A stretch of DNA of 64,000 nt, from positions 64,001 through 128,000 of IMG/VR virus record IMGVR_UViG_3300017700_000784, one strand, 5' to 3'. Source of the stretch: a virus. Lineage: Duplodnaviria; Heunggongvirae; Uroviricota; Caudoviricetes. This document shows, in pieces, positions 47,631 to 57,512 of this stretch. Below the pieces are notes generated by a model. The model searched no databases and had not been told where the DNA came from. It was given only the letters and a program-made list of their open reading frames with translations. Numbering within the stretch: the first letter of the stretch is position 1; every line of letters starts with the position of its first letter. The position numbers and the translations under genes were made by a program.

Positions 47631-48021
47631 CTTTTAAAGGTGGATGCGGAGGCCCTTCTTCTGGTATTAAAACCTGAAGTGCAGGATGATTATAGTTACT
47701 TGCAAAGAACTTTACAAATTCATTAATATCATCAAGATTATCTATATAATACTCATAATAAGTATCCATAAATCTTCTTTCTTCCACATATTTAGGATTA
47801 TTAGGATCACTTTTAGTACTTCCAACAAGGATAGTACTTCCTTTGTCATTAAGTTTAGGAAACATTTGAGGTTTTTCCTTAAATTCCTTACTCACTATTG
47901 CAAGTATTTTTGTTTTTGGGTCATAAATGACCTCATTAAAAGGACAAGCCTTTTCTATAGGAATCATCCTAAAAGTCTTTTCTCCATACCAATTGGTGGA
48001 GTATATCATCATATTTTGCAT
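47620..48021 (-). CDS. Hypothetical protein
   Basis: 133-aa ORF overlapping polB start (ATGA-type coupling). Confidence 0.75.
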   Translation of the reverse strand: MQNMMIYSTNWYGEKTFRMIPIEKACPFNEVIYDPKTKILAIVSKEFKEKPQMFPKLNDKGSTILVGSTKSDPNNPKYVEERRFMDTYYEYYIDNLDDINEFVKFFASNYNHPALQVLIPEEGPPHPPLKDEK

Positions 48022-48599
48022 TATACTTCAGTATTTGTTTTTATTATTTCAACAACATTTAGACTCTTAAGTAGACATACTTCTTTGTCACAATCATAAG
48101 GAGTACATAATTCACCAACTCCTATTAGCATATCTTCATCAATACCTAATATATCAGCATATATGCTAAAATAATTTTCTGGAAACAAGTAAGAATCTAT
48201 AAATACCCATTCAGGTGTATGAATTCCATAGTAATCCATCATAAGTTGTTTAGCATCATCAGATAGTTTTGAATAGTGGCCTTTTAAGAATAAGTCATAA
48301 TCTTCTTTGTAAATATTTAAGTCAAAGACATATATAACTTTATCTTCATTTATAGGTACACTATGATCCAGAAGTTCATGATTCATGAGTACGTCCTTCT
48401 CAAAGTTTTTCCATTTATCAGTGTTGTCACGCTTGTAAACACACACTAATTTTCTTGAATCTGGCATGTAGGTCCCTTCCCAGCATATATATGTCTGTAA
48501 GGGTTTAAAATAAGGTCCTTTGTTTCTTTTCATAGCCAATAAAGGATACAAAAAAGTAAAAGACTTCTGAAAGTACTTGCGATAAACATCTTTAATCAT
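48021..48599 (-). CDS. Hypothetical protein
   Basis: 192-aa ORF coupled to both neighbours. Confidence 0.75.
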   Translation of the reverse strand: MIKDVYRKYFQKSFTFLYPLLAMKRNKGPYFKPLQTYICWEGTYMPDSRKLVCVYKRDNTDKWKNFEKDVLMNHELLDHSVPINEDKVIYVFDLNIYKEDYDLFLKGHYSKLSDDAKQLMMDYYGIHTPEWVFIDSYLFPENYFSIYADILGIDEDMLIGVGELCTPYDCDKEVCLLKSLNVVEIIKTNTEV

Positions 48600-49639
48600 A
48601 TCTCAAGTTCGTTATTTAGTAAGAACTCATAAGGTAAATCAAAATTCCTAGTGGCAAAATGATAATCAGCCTTTGCAAGTTCTTGGTTAGTTTTATTAAT
48701 CCACTCTATCAGAGTTTTTTCTGATACTTTGATAGGAGCTATTTGTGTGTAGGAATCTACCACTATAAACCTAAATTCAAAGGTATAATCCTTGTATTTA
48801 GGAGTAGAAAGATAGACATTCTGTACCAAATGATAGTAAATAGCTGCCTGAACCCAGTATTTATAATATTCTATACTATCTGTAAAGGATTTAATATCCT
48901 TACTGGTTTTCTTTAAGTCATTTACTCTAATCATCTTATTTGTATGGTCTATTACGAGATTATCTATAATACCTCTCAGACCAAAATTAAAAGTAGGTGC
49001 ACTTGGGGCTGCAAGCATTATTTCATTATGCTTCTCTACATTATCAGTAATATTATCAGTAATATATCCCATAACTTTAAGTATATGAGGATTATTCTTT
49101 ATTTGTTCAACTATTTCTTTAGCATACTGATACATACCATGGTCAATATTAGTCTTACCTTCTGCACTTTGTAAGTACTCCCAGTAACTAACATTCTTTT
49201 CTGTAATAATCTTATCAAGCCTTTGAGAATCTGTCTTAAGAGACTGAAATAAATTCATATCCTCAAGTATATCTATAATGGCATCTTTAAAATCATACAG
49301 AGTAACTCTTTCATCCCCAGAAGCTTTTAAAAACAGATAGTGTTGGTATAACCTATCTAATGCTTCTTTATGACTGGCAGTGGGAATATCTGTAGCCATA
49401 AGCACAAACTCTTTATCAAAATCTTCGGGGTTAAGGAAAAGACAGTGAATAAGCTTTCCTTCAATCATTTCTTTACTAGATACATCATCCTTTTGATTAA
49501 GAATATAATGCATATAGAACAATTTAGGACTAAACATAAGTTTACTTAGTCCTGAATATGACAAATATGTGTTCTTACTAAAGAACTCTTCTTGTCTTTG
49601 TAGCATTTCATCTACACTGGGCATTTTAAATACTTTCAT
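48596..49639 (-). CDS. PD-(D/E)xK exonuclease (RecE/ExoVIII, DUF3799-like)
   Basis: LSYSGL, GKLIHCL.L.P..F, RGIIDNL...VNDLKKT, Y.YWVQAAIY. Confidence 0.8.
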   Translation of the reverse strand: MKVFKMPSVDEMLQRQEEFFSKNTYLSYSGLSKLMFSPKLFYMHYILNQKDDVSSKEMIEGKLIHCLFLNPEDFDKEFVLMATDIPTASHKEALDRLYQHYLFLKASGDERVTLYDFKDAIIDILEDMNLFQSLKTDSQRLDKIITEKNVSYWEYLQSAEGKTNIDHGMYQYAKEIVEQIKNNPHILKVMGYITDNITDNVEKHNEIMLAAPSAPTFNFGLRGIIDNLVIDHTNKMIRVNDLKKTSKDIKSFTDSIEYYKYWVQAAIYYHLVQNVYLSTPKYKDYTFEFRFIVVDSYTQIAPIKVSEKTLIEWINKTNQELAKADYHFATRNFDLPYEFLLNNELEI

Positions 49640-50088
49640 TACTTACAATTTTCCATGTCTCTTGAGAAGTATCTACCAAGGATGTTTCCGTTGTAGCTAT
49701 TCTCTGTTAATACATCATGTTTAATCTGATAAGAAAGTTCACAGTAGTTAAGATATTTCTTAGTGCAACAAAGCGCTACTATTTCTCTTTTATACATATG
49801 TTCTCCCTCTCTTTTGATTTCTTCTGTAAGTTCTTTACAACTTCCCCAGTACTTTAACCAGTTGGAAGCTTTGATTACAGTTTTGGTACGCTTTCTGGTA
49901 CCAGTAGTAGCTTTTTCTCTCATTGAAACCTTAGTTTTTCTTGAGCTGTTTAAGCTTTTTTTGCCAATATAAAACTTACCTGTCTTAACATGTGTTATTA
50001 TGTATACAAAACCTACAAGGTTTTTAAAGTTAGGTAAATCTTCAAGCTGTTTGACACGCCTTACACCATATATCCAGTTATTATCCAT
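49639..50088 (-). CDS. GIY-YIG-type endonuclease
   Basis: GFVYIITH..TGKFYIGKK, W..YWGS, REI...C, E...Q. Confidence 0.75.
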   Translation of the reverse strand: MDNNWIYGVRRVKQLEDLPNFKNLVGFVYIITHVKTGKFYIGKKSLNSSRKTKVSMREKATTGTRKRTKTVIKASNWLKYWGSCKELTEEIKREGEHMYKREIVALCCTKKYLNYCELSYQIKHDVLTENSYNGNILGRYFSRDMENCK

Positions 50089-50110
50089 ATAAAAACTTTT
50101 TTGTACCTAA

Positions 50111-50118
50111 CAAAATTA
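50111..50118 (-). promoter_or_regulatory. Bacteroidota -7 element TAATTTTG upstream of the GIY-YIG gene
   Basis: Matches TAnnTTTG ~22 nt before the ATG, overlapping the primase stop codon. Confidence 0.4.
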
Positions 50119-51117
50119 GGTAATTTTATTTAATTCTTTATACTTCATAACAGCTTTATCTAATATAGGTATAAAGATTCTTGCTGCTTTCTTAATTCCA
50201 AGTAGATCTATTACATCACTAAAGTCTTTAGCCTGAGGAATATAGCAGAAAGGAATATTGTATTTATCAAGATAATATTTCATACTGTTTATACCAGCTT
50301 TATCACTATCCATGTAAGTAACTACTGCTTCATATTCAGAAATCATTTTCTTTACAAGCTTATCTGGAAGATTTGTATTCTCACTATCAGGTGCTATAAC
50401 ATCTATGTCAAGCATATGGAGGCTTTTTATGGCCATACAATCTTTAAGTGATGAAGTTATAACTAAAAACCTTTTACCTTCTAACTGGTCTATCCCTTGT
50501 ATATGCTGTTCAAGCTTTAGAAACTTCTTTACATTACCCGGCTGATAAATCTTATACAAGAGACCCTCCTTTGTAAAATAACCATATACATTAGGTTTAC
50601 TGACAACAAAAGAATCAACAACATTACCATTTACATACTTACACATCTGATAAGACTTTAAAGCCTTTACATTATACCTAAATAATATAGCACTGCTAAT
50701 ATTAGACTTCAGCCAAAAATTAGCATCAGTCTGGGTCCATGCTCTGTCTTCATAACTTACAACAACCCATTTTATAATATTCATACTTTTTCTTTCTACA
50801 GTATTACCTGTATTAAGAAAAGCATTATAGTCACTTAGAATTTTTCTTGCAGTGTCACCATATTCATAGTCCCACATATACATAAGTAAGTTTACAGCAC
50901 TACCGTTCTTTCCTGTAGAAAAACACTTAAATTTATAAACATGAGTTTCTTTATCAAGATATAGAAACATAGAAGGATCTTTATCTGCATCATTAAAGAT
51001 ACTATTCAATCTTACTCTCTGTCCTTCAAGCTTTTCTGGTAAATCTAAATAGTTTTCAAAAATCCATTCAGCAGGAACTTCTTTTATATCTGTTATAAAA
51101 TTATTAAGAGTAAACAT
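50116..51117 (-). CDS. dnaG: DNA primase (TOPRIM)
   Basis: N-terminal S.FN..DK.PSM...FKCFSTG; ITSSLKDCM, PDSEN, DSDKAG, KDFSD. Confidence 0.8.
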   Translation of the reverse strand: MFTLNNFITDIKEVPAEWIFENYLDLPEKLEGQRVRLNSIFNDADKDPSMFLYLDKETHVYKFKCFSTGKNGSAVNLLMYMWDYEYGDTARKILSDYNAFLNTGNTVERKSMNIIKWVVVSYEDRAWTQTDANFWLKSNISSAILFRYNVKALKSYQMCKYVNGNVVDSFVVSKPNVYGYFTKEGLLYKIYQPGNVKKFLKLEQHIQGIDQLEGKRFLVITSSLKDCMAIKSLHMLDIDVIAPDSENTNLPDKLVKKMISEYEAVVTYMDSDKAGINSMKYYLDKYNIPFCYIPQAKDFSDVIDLLGIKKAARIFIPILDKAVMKYKELNKIT

Positions 51118-51137
51118 AAGATTTTCTTTATACCAAC

Positions 51138-51168
51138 AAAAAAAGGGTAGACTGTTATATCTACCCTT
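51138..51168 (-). terminator. Intrinsic terminator after the SSB-like gene
   Basis: AAGGGTAGA-8 nt-TCTACCCTT stem followed by a T-tract on the minus strand. Confidence 0.8.
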
Positions 51169-51187
51169 AAAATGTCAGTGGTTATTA

Positions 51188-51931
51188 TTATAGACTCAAA
51201 TCTGTTGCATTCTCTGTGAAAACAGGTTGCTCACTTGACATAGAATCATTCAAATCAGGACTCATGTTTATAAATCCCTCAATTCCTGGCTCTGTAGGTT
51301 TGTCTGCAGCTTTTTTATCTGTGACATGGATAGCTTCATTAAACTGTAAGAAGTTCTCAGCATCCTGATCTACAGCATAAGCTACTTTACCTTCTGCTTT
51401 TTTAGGGAAATACAAAGAATAACTTGGATACTCAGATCCCTCTTTGTAATATCTCTGTCCTGCAATTGTGAAAGCATATTCTAAATCTTCTTTCAACAAG
51501 AAAGATCTGATTTCTGCTACAAGGTCTTCTATAGACTCTGCAGTAACATTTAATGCTTGAAATCTCTCAAGCATATTAACTCCTTTTAAGAAGTTACCTA
51601 GCCAATTTTGGATAGAATCATCTCTTAAGATTTTCTTTCCTTTATACTCCCAGTCTTTATACGCATACTGTTGAGACTTCACATTAGCTACTTGACCTTT
51701 GTGATTTCCTCTTGAAGGGTCTAACCTGTTTATAGGTAATCCTACAAAATCTCCATCTTCAATAGCTGGTCCTTCAAGTACAAATACTAAATTATACTGA
51801 GTAGCATCATAAGGTGGTTTCTCAAGTTTTAGATCTTTTACTTTACAGGTATAAGTACCTGGAAGCATAATTTTAGACACATAATTTCCTGTTCCTTCTG
51901 AAGGTGTAAACTCGTTTAAACTAAATCCCAT
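51188..51931 (-). CDS. Putative single-stranded DNA-binding protein (DUF669-like)
   Basis: PGTY.CKV..L N-terminus, acidic/Pro-rich tail, directly downstream of an AAA_24 gene. Confidence 0.55.
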   Translation of the reverse strand: MGFSLNEFTPSEGTGNYVSKIMLPGTYTCKVKDLKLEKPPYDATQYNLVFVLEGPAIEDGDFVGLPINRLDPSRGNHKGQVANVKSQQYAYKDWEYKGKKILRDDSIQNWLGNFLKGVNMLERFQALNVTAESIEDLVAEIRSFLLKEDLEYAFTIAGQRYYKEGSEYPSYSLYFPKKAEGKVAYAVDQDAENFLQFNEAIHVTDKKAADKPTEPGIEGFINMSPDLNDSMSSEQPVFTENATDLSL

Positions 51932-51950
51932 TTTTTCTAATTTTTAATTA

Positions 51951-52718
51951 TTAATCAATATATATATCATTCCAGTGTGACACTACACTGTTATCATCAA
52001 GCATCTCAGAGACTATTATCTCTTTGTTGCGAAGATGTTCTGGCCTTGCGCCACATAAAATTTCATCTTGAGTCTTAAAACTCATGATATTTTTGTTTCC
52101 TTTTCTATAAAGGTATCCAATAGCATCTGCTTTAGATGTTACAAAAAGCTTAAGTCTACCTGTAAGATTTATATCAAGCGCCTCAAAAGTACTACCATTT
52201 TTCTCTAGCATAGTATCTTTAATGTGTGCTGTAATTATTAAATTTTGACATATATTCTTATATCTCTTAACAACATCTTCAAATGCTTGTCTTAGCCACG
52301 GATATCCTGCACCATTTGCAAGATTTAAAATCATACCATGCTTAGCTTTACCTCCTGTAGTAGGAGTAAACCAATTTGCTCCCATAGGAGATTTAGAATA
52401 AAGAAATTCTGCATAAGGTATGCATACTTCTTCCAAAGCTGTACCAGTATCCAAAGTTAAAAATCTATAAGGATTACCTGCAGCAATAATTGCTTTTTCA
52501 AGATCTAGTAATTCCTGTATAGTACTGATTTTTATCTTTAAACCAGCAACATAATCAGAACCTTCTTCTAAATCAACAATAAGATTATTAGGTAACTGAG
52601 CAAGTAGGGTAGTTTTACCTACTTTTGGCTTACTAAATATCACTAATGTCTTAGGACTTTTTGTTACAGCAGCGACAGAGCTAGTTGGTAAAACCATAGG
52701 TTCTTTTTTTACTTCCAT
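51951..52718 (-). CDS. AAA_24 / Sak4-like ATPase
   Basis: Walker A SKPKVGKTT, DLEEG, LDTGTALE, GAGY, TAH, ADAIGY. Confidence 0.85.
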   Translation of the reverse strand: MEVKKEPMVLPTSSVAAVTKSPKTLVIFSKPKVGKTTLLAQLPNNLIVDLEEGSDYVAGLKIKISTIQELLDLEKAIIAAGNPYRFLTLDTGTALEEVCIPYAEFLYSKSPMGANWFTPTTGGKAKHGMILNLANGAGYPWLRQAFEDVVKRYKNICQNLIITAHIKDTMLEKNGSTFEALDINLTGRLKLFVTSKADAIGYLYRKGNKNIMSFKTQDEILCGARPEHLRNKEIIVSEMLDDNSVVSHWNDIYID

Positions 52719-53335
52719 TATTTATTTTGTTTTATTAAACTGTTAAGCCACTTTTTATTAGAATGTGGTACATTATGAAAGATGCAGTAGATGTCTCTTA
52801 TAGTCATCTGTGCATAATGATTGTCATCTTTATCTTTACCCATAAAATCTTCTTCTTCTTCATCTTCTATTTTCTCCTCTTTTTCAGGAGTTGACCAAAG
52901 ATTCATAATAGGTTTAAAACCTGTAGAAGCAGCAGGTTCCGGTTCAGCAAGTACTATTCCTTCAGATACAAATTCTAAATTTGAAAGTTTAACAGCATAA
53001 GTAGGCGAAGATAACACTGTACCATCACTTTTTCTTGTTATTTCTCTATAAGTGTCTGGTTCATATTTCCAATTAGAATTATAAGAATGTTTGTATAGAA
53101 TTCTTTTACCCTCATAAGGTTTATCCTCCCAATCAAATAACTCTATAAATAAATCTTGTTCTTTAGATAACTCACTGGCATAAAATCTAAGTCCTGGAAC
53201 TTTCTCTAAACCAAAATCATTACTAGAGTAACATAATTTAGCTAAAAAAGCTGGATTATCAATACCAAGTTTCTTAAAATGTTCTTGCCAGTAGGGTTTA
53301 AATTCACTTGTAATCTCATTAACATGTTTTCTCAT
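52718..53335 (-). CDS. Hypothetical protein
   Basis: 205-aa ORF coupled to neighbours; C-terminal MTIRDIYCI...P.S.K.WLN.LI block. Confidence 0.75.
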   Translation of the reverse strand: MRKHVNEITSEFKPYWQEHFKKLGIDNPAFLAKLCYSSNDFGLEKVPGLRFYASELSKEQDLFIELFDWEDKPYEGKRILYKHSYNSNWKYEPDTYREITRKSDGTVLSSPTYAVKLSNLEFVSEGIVLAEPEPAASTGFKPIMNLWSTPEKEEKIEDEEEEDFMGKDKDDNHYAQMTIRDIYCIFHNVPHSNKKWLNSLIKQNK

Positions 53336-54306
53336 ATACTCATTTTTTTAATTCTACAATCAGGTTCTTTTGCTTCATCTATAGTCATTTCAGCATAATT
53401 AGCTTTGTACCATTGAATTCCAACTTCACCATATCTATTTTTTAAGACATGCATAGCTAGTAAATATTTATCACTGGGTGTAAGCATGAATTGTTGAGGA
53501 CCATAATATTGTAAGTTATACTTTGCAGGTCTGTTATAAGCTATCATAACATCAGCACACTGTAATAAACTATCACTTCCAAATACATCTTTTTCAGCAG
53601 GAAAGTTAGATAACTGACCAGGTTTCTGGCGTTCTGCATCATCTATTTCTCTATTAAGCTGGGTAAGGATAATAAATATAACAGGTAACTCATTTTTAAG
53701 CTCAGCTAACATCACTGATAGGTTACTTAAAGTATCCTGTTTGTTTTTATCTGAACCAGCCATACCTACTAATAGTGTATGGTCAAGAGTTACTACAAAA
53801 GGTTTTCCTATTTGTTTATAGAAAGCTCTTACTGCAGCTCTTATTTCATTTACTGTAAGGCTTTTATCTATTATGTATTCTTCTCTATGCTTATTCCTTG
53901 CTACATAGTCCTTTAATTTGTCAAAATCTGCTGCTGTTAAGGCAGGCATACCATCATCTTCAGCTGACTGAAGGTATCTTATATTCATTTTATTTGCTGC
54001 AGAGAGTTCTCTTAGAGCCATATTTCTACCTAACATCTCAAACTGGAGATGAAGTACAGCAAAATCCTGGTCTGTGTTTAAAACCTGAAGCTCTCTTGTG
54101 ATAGAGGAAGCTATTAAAGTTTTACCTACACCAGGTCTTGCTGCTATGACATATAAGGAATTCCACTCCATCCCATTTAGACCAATCTTATTAAATTGCT
54201 TCCACTGGGTTCTAAGAGATTTTATCTCTTTCTTAGCTCTCTTATGAATATAGATGAGTCCTTCATTCATTACCTCAGAATAGTGTTTCCATGGAAATGT
54301 GGACAT
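53332..54306 (-). CDS. dnaB: DnaB-like (SF4) replicative helicase, C-terminal domain
   Basis: AARPGVGKT, FEM, LDH, LTQLNR, DVFGSD..Q.AD, KNRYG. Confidence 0.88.
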   Translation of the reverse strand: MSTFPWKHYSEVMNEGLIYIHKRAKKEIKSLRTQWKQFNKIGLNGMEWNSLYVIAARPGVGKTLIASSITRELQVLNTDQDFAVLHLQFEMLGRNMALRELSAANKMNIRYLQSAEDDGMPALTAADFDKLKDYVARNKHREEYIIDKSLTVNEIRAAVRAFYKQIGKPFVVTLDHTLLVGMAGSDKNKQDTLSNLSVMLAELKNELPVIFIILTQLNREIDDAERQKPGQLSNFPAEKDVFGSDSLLQCADVMIAYNRPAKYNLQYYGPQQFMLTPSDKYLLAMHVLKNRYGEVGIQWYKANYAEMTIDEAKEPDCRIKKMSI

Positions 54307-54329
54307 AAATATTTATGTGTTTGAAGTTA

Positions 54330-54337
54330 CGAAGATA
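54330..54337 (-). promoter_or_regulatory. Variant -7 element TATCTTCG upstream of dnaB
   Basis: One mismatch to TAnnTTTG, in a 56-bp intergenic gap. Confidence 0.35.
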
Positions 54338-54362
54338 GGAAATTTAAAAAGATTATACAACT

Positions 54363-55100
54363 TTACCATACTATTTCTGGTAACTTTTTCTGTGTTTTTA
54401 GAGCTAAATTAACTCTGTTAAACACATCATTACAATTCCATTTATGCAAACCAGAGTATCCAGCAGATGCAGGATGAGAACAGCTTATAAGCTGTGTAGT
54501 ATTTAATATGTTATCTACTAAATCTTCAAACTGTTCAGCTTTTCTACCCATAAATACCCATACATAATCTTCATTAGAAGTATTTAGCATGTCTACTAAG
54601 TAAGCTACAAAAGGTTGCCATATATCAAAGTGTTTACCTACCTTTTCAACTTCAGTTGTTAAAGCTGTATTAAGTAATAATATTCCTTGATTAGACCATC
54701 TCTTAAGGTCTGTATCAAAAGTTGTTATATCTTTTTTTGAATCATATACTGTATCATTTACAGCATTGAATATAAATTTTAGTGATGGTTGAAGCTTACC
54801 TGTATTACTACAACTAAAAGCTATACCATCAGCTATACCAAATTGAGGATAAGGATCTTGTCCTAAAATTATCACTCTTGTTTTATTATAAGGACATTCC
54901 ATAAAAGCCTTGAATACTTGTCTAAGTGGCGGAGTAAATCTTTTACCATCTTCTACACACTTTTCAAGTGTAGATATAATGTTAAAGAAATCACTAGAAA
55001 GGAGAAAGCCTTTTAGTATATCGTGCCAACCAGAGGGTTTTAACATCTCATATAACTTTAAACCATATTCTTCTGGTGTTAATTTTTTTGTATCAGACAT
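54363..55100 (-). CDS. ung: Uracil-DNA glycosylase (family 1)
   Basis: GQDPYP, GIAFS, QGILLLNTALT, HPAS. The likely start is MSDTKK at 55100, not 55154. Confidence 0.92.
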   Translation of the reverse strand: MSDTKKLTPEEYGLKLYEMLKPSGWHDILKGFLLSSDFFNIISTLEKCVEDGKRFTPPLRQVFKAFMECPYNKTRVIILGQDPYPQFGIADGIAFSCSNTGKLQPSLKFIFNAVNDTVYDSKKDITTFDTDLKRWSNQGILLLNTALTTEVEKVGKHFDIWQPFVAYLVDMLNTSNEDYVWVFMGRKAEQFEDLVDNILNTTQLISCSHPASAGYSGLHKWNCNDVFNRVNLALKTQKKLPEIVW

Positions 55101-55106
55101 TTGTTT

Positions 55107-55114
55107 TATATTTG
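55107..55114 (+). promoter_or_regulatory. Bacteroidota -7 element TATATTTG for the lone plus-strand gene
   Basis: Exact TAnnTTTG in a 31-bp divergent gap, 17 nt before the ATG at 55132. Confidence 0.5.
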
Positions 55115-55131
55115 TTAAAAATTTTAAAATT

Positions 55132-55446
55132 ATGAGTACCTCTCCTACCATCATTAAGATAATAAAAGAAGATGCTGTGATTCCTGTAAGGATTAGTGCT
55201 TCTTTCTATAATAGAATTAAGAATATCTTACTTAATATTATAGCTACAAAAAACAAAAGTGACTTAGATATGGCTTATAAACAGATTTCAGAGAAAAAAA
55301 TCACTGAAAACTGGATACAAGATATAGAAACGCTTTATATTTTATGTGGGGAATATGAGAAACAGGCTGCAGAACTTGGGTTTATCCAAGACATAGAAGC
55401 CGGTGAATATGAAGAACTTATTAAGAAAGCTTTAGGTCAAAAATAA
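55132..55446 (+). CDS. Hypothetical protein (104 aa), the only plus-strand gene in the replication module
   Basis: MSTSPTIIK... fills a gap with no minus-strand ORF. The track start at 54910 would overlap ung. Confidence 0.7.
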   Translation: MSTSPTIIKIIKEDAVIPVRISASFYNRIKNILLNIIATKNKSDLDMAYKQISEKKITENWIQDIETLYILCGEYEKQAAELGFIQDIEAGEYEELIKKALGQK

Positions 55447-55811
55447 TAACCTATTTCATTACCTATATCTATACAAGTTTGTATAGCATCTGATAGTTCA
55501 GCTTTACTACAATCTCCAAAGCTTTTTATTTCAGCTGTATCTACATTAAGTAAACCAGCTTTATACTTAATGACATTTTTCATGTCTTCAAACTTAGTAC
55601 CTGTAAACCTAGCAAGCTCTTTAATGCATGCATGCACTTTTGCAAGCTGTGCCAGAGTTCCATCAGAACCTTCTGACTTGGCCATATAAGCTTCAACCTT
55701 ATCACCTTCCTGTAATTTCTTAAGGAAGTCTTTCATCTTAAGTATATCTGCAGGATTAGCAAGTTCTAACTTACCATCCTTCATTATAAACTCAATTGTT
55801 GTATTCTGCAT
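55437..55811 (-). CDS. NinB/YbcN-like hypothetical protein
   Basis: TLAQLAKVHACIKELA..TG....MK..IK..AG......SF...SK.EL...I. Confidence 0.55.
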   Translation of the reverse strand: MQNTTIEFIMKDGKLELANPADILKMKDFLKKLQEGDKVEAYMAKSEGSDGTLAQLAKVHACIKELARFTGTKFEDMKNVIKYKAGLLNVDTAEIKSFGDCSKAELSDAIQTCIDIGNEIGYYF

Positions 55812-56889
55812 CTCTATAACTTATTTTACTTTGGTCAAAATCACTCAGTGCACTTTTTGCCCATTCTTCATCTATAGTGTTTTTATAAACAAAAAGATGT
55901 AAATAAGCTGTATCATTAGGATTAAGACGTAATAGTCTTCCTATTCTTTGACTTGCTTTTCTTTCATTACTGTAAGAGTGCATTATTATACCATATTTTA
56001 ATCCGGGTATATTTATACCTTCATTTAACTGCTCTACTGCTGAAAGACACTTAAATACTTTATTCTTAAAGTTCTCAAGGTTTTCAAGGCTGTTTTTGTT
56101 TTTACTATGGTAACTGTTACTACAGATTCTATCAGCCTGTTCTGTAGTATTACAGAATACTATACACTGGTCATCTATGTGCTGTAGTAAAAATTTAGCA
56201 AATCTCTCTTTGGTTCCATATTCCATAATCCCTTTCATCCTGAGGATTCTTAGTTTATCTTTATTAAAACCAAAGGTACCATCTATCTTCTTTGTCCAGA
56301 AGTCATAATGATCTCTCTCAGATGTATGCCAGTATCCTCCATCTGCTTTTTTCACTTTGTGTGTTCTAGCAGAGGATAATGAAAGTAAGTGTACTGTAAT
56401 TCTATAGTCATTAAGTATTTTATGACCCACAGCTTCATCTACTATATAAGTATAAACTATAGGACAATATTTATTAACCATAAAACCTTTTTCAGATGAC
56501 TTATTTCTGGGAGGAGTTCCTGTAAACCCTACTATCTTACCAAAATAAAAAGATAAGTAATTCTCATGAGAGTATAATAAACTATGACATTCGTCTAAGT
56601 ATATACAATCATAATCACTACTTTGTTTAGTCAAAGACCTATAAGTAGTAAAAGTGGTAAGTGCTATGAGTGGTTCATAACCAAATTTTTTAGCTTCTTC
56701 CTTCCAAGTTTCAAATACAGATACTTTAGGTGCCACCACCATAAATTTACCCATACCTTTTTTCCACTCTTCATGCATGTGCTGCAAACCAAGGAGGGTC
56801 TTTCCGACCCCCATTGATATTGCTGCTGTACCTCTGTAGACTTTATCTAGGGCCTCTATCGCGTGTTTCTGAACTTCCTTTTTTTCCAT
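55792..56889 (-). CDS. Superfamily 2 helicase
   Basis: MGVGKT, VVAP, LDECH, GFTGTP, LNEGINIP, QRIGRLLR. Confidence 0.9.
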   Translation of the reverse strand: MEKKEVQKHAIEALDKVYRGTAAISMGVGKTLLGLQHMHEEWKKGMGKFMVVAPKVSVFETWKEEAKKFGYEPLIALTTFTTYRSLTKQSSDYDCIYLDECHSLLYSHENYLSFYFGKIVGFTGTPPRNKSSEKGFMVNKYCPIVYTYIVDEAVGHKILNDYRITVHLLSLSSARTHKVKKADGGYWHTSERDHYDFWTKKIDGTFGFNKDKLRILRMKGIMEYGTKERFAKFLLQHIDDQCIVFCNTTEQADRICSNSYHSKNKNSLENLENFKNKVFKCLSAVEQLNEGINIPGLKYGIIMHSYSNERKASQRIGRLLRLNPNDTAYLHLFVYKNTIDEEWAKSALSDFDQSKISYRDAEYNN

Positions 56890-57115
56890 AACTGCTTCTT
56901 TTAGGCATTTCTACCTTAGTAGTATTCTTAAGAAGACCTTCTATTTTTTCTTCTTTATCAACCCATCTTATTCCTAATAGAAACAAGTTAATAGTTCTTC
57001 TAAACCATCCTGGCTTAGTTTGCATCCATAACATTAAACCTGAGCCTGATACAGCCTCTTCTTGGGTATTGGTACCAATAATATAGTATCCAATAAATTT
57101 ATCATTGTTCTTCAT
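56843..57115 (-). CDS. Hypothetical protein
   Basis: 90-aa ORF in the operon. Confidence 0.65.
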   Translation of the reverse strand: MKNNDKFIGYYIIGTNTQEEAVSGSGLMLWMQTKPGWFRRTINLFLLGIRWVDKEEKIEGLLKNTTKVEMPKRSSYGKKGSSETRDRGPR

Positions 57116-57512
57116 TTTCTAATCTGTTTAGTGAAAATCCTAATTCTTTAGCTTCGTTTGGGTGAAGCTCAATATAACTATGACAAGATCTGCAGACAGG
57201 TAGAAATGTTGTTATATCAAGGTAGTAGTTGCCTCTACCTTTAGTATGGTGGACGTCACTTGCCACTAATGTACATCCAGAGAGTCTTGCTTTGCAAGCT
57301 GGATTTTCAGTAAGAAACTTTACTCTTAACACAATATATAACTGGTCAAGTGTAGCCATCTTATCTGACTTTGGCTTAATTCTTTTTGTAGGAATTTTTA
57401 TTGGTGGATTTTTCTTCAACCAACATTGTTTACAGTACTTGTTACCTTCATGGTTTTTCCAGATATATTGTTCTGTATCACAAGCACAACATAACTTCTT
57501 TTTTTGTAGCAT
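57102..57512 (-). CDS. HNH/NinG-like endonuclease with N-terminal Zn finger
   Basis: CCAC..YCKQC; C...L.GC...A.DVHH..GRG....LPVCRSCH..IE.HP..A...G. Confidence 0.75.
   Translation of the reverse strand: MLQKKKLCCACDTEQYIWKNHEGNKYCKQCWLKKNPPIKIPTKRIKPKSDKMATLDQLYIVLRVKFLTENPACKARLSGCTLVASDVHHTKGRGNYYLDITTFLPVCRSCHSYIELHPNEAKELGFSLNRLENEEQ

Noticed and set aside
49639-49650. GIY-YIG protein also ends ENCK, and the glycosyltransferase ends KCK
   Set aside because: These proteins contain several other Cys and lack a matching M-x-C downstream partner. Treated as chance, but a reminder to test the terminal-Cys chain statistically.
54910-55131. Extended N-terminus of the plus-strand ORF, and the 55154 start for ung
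   Set aside because: Both extensions overlap the opposite gene. Starts at 55132 (+) and 55100 (-) give a clean divergent gap containing a promoter element.
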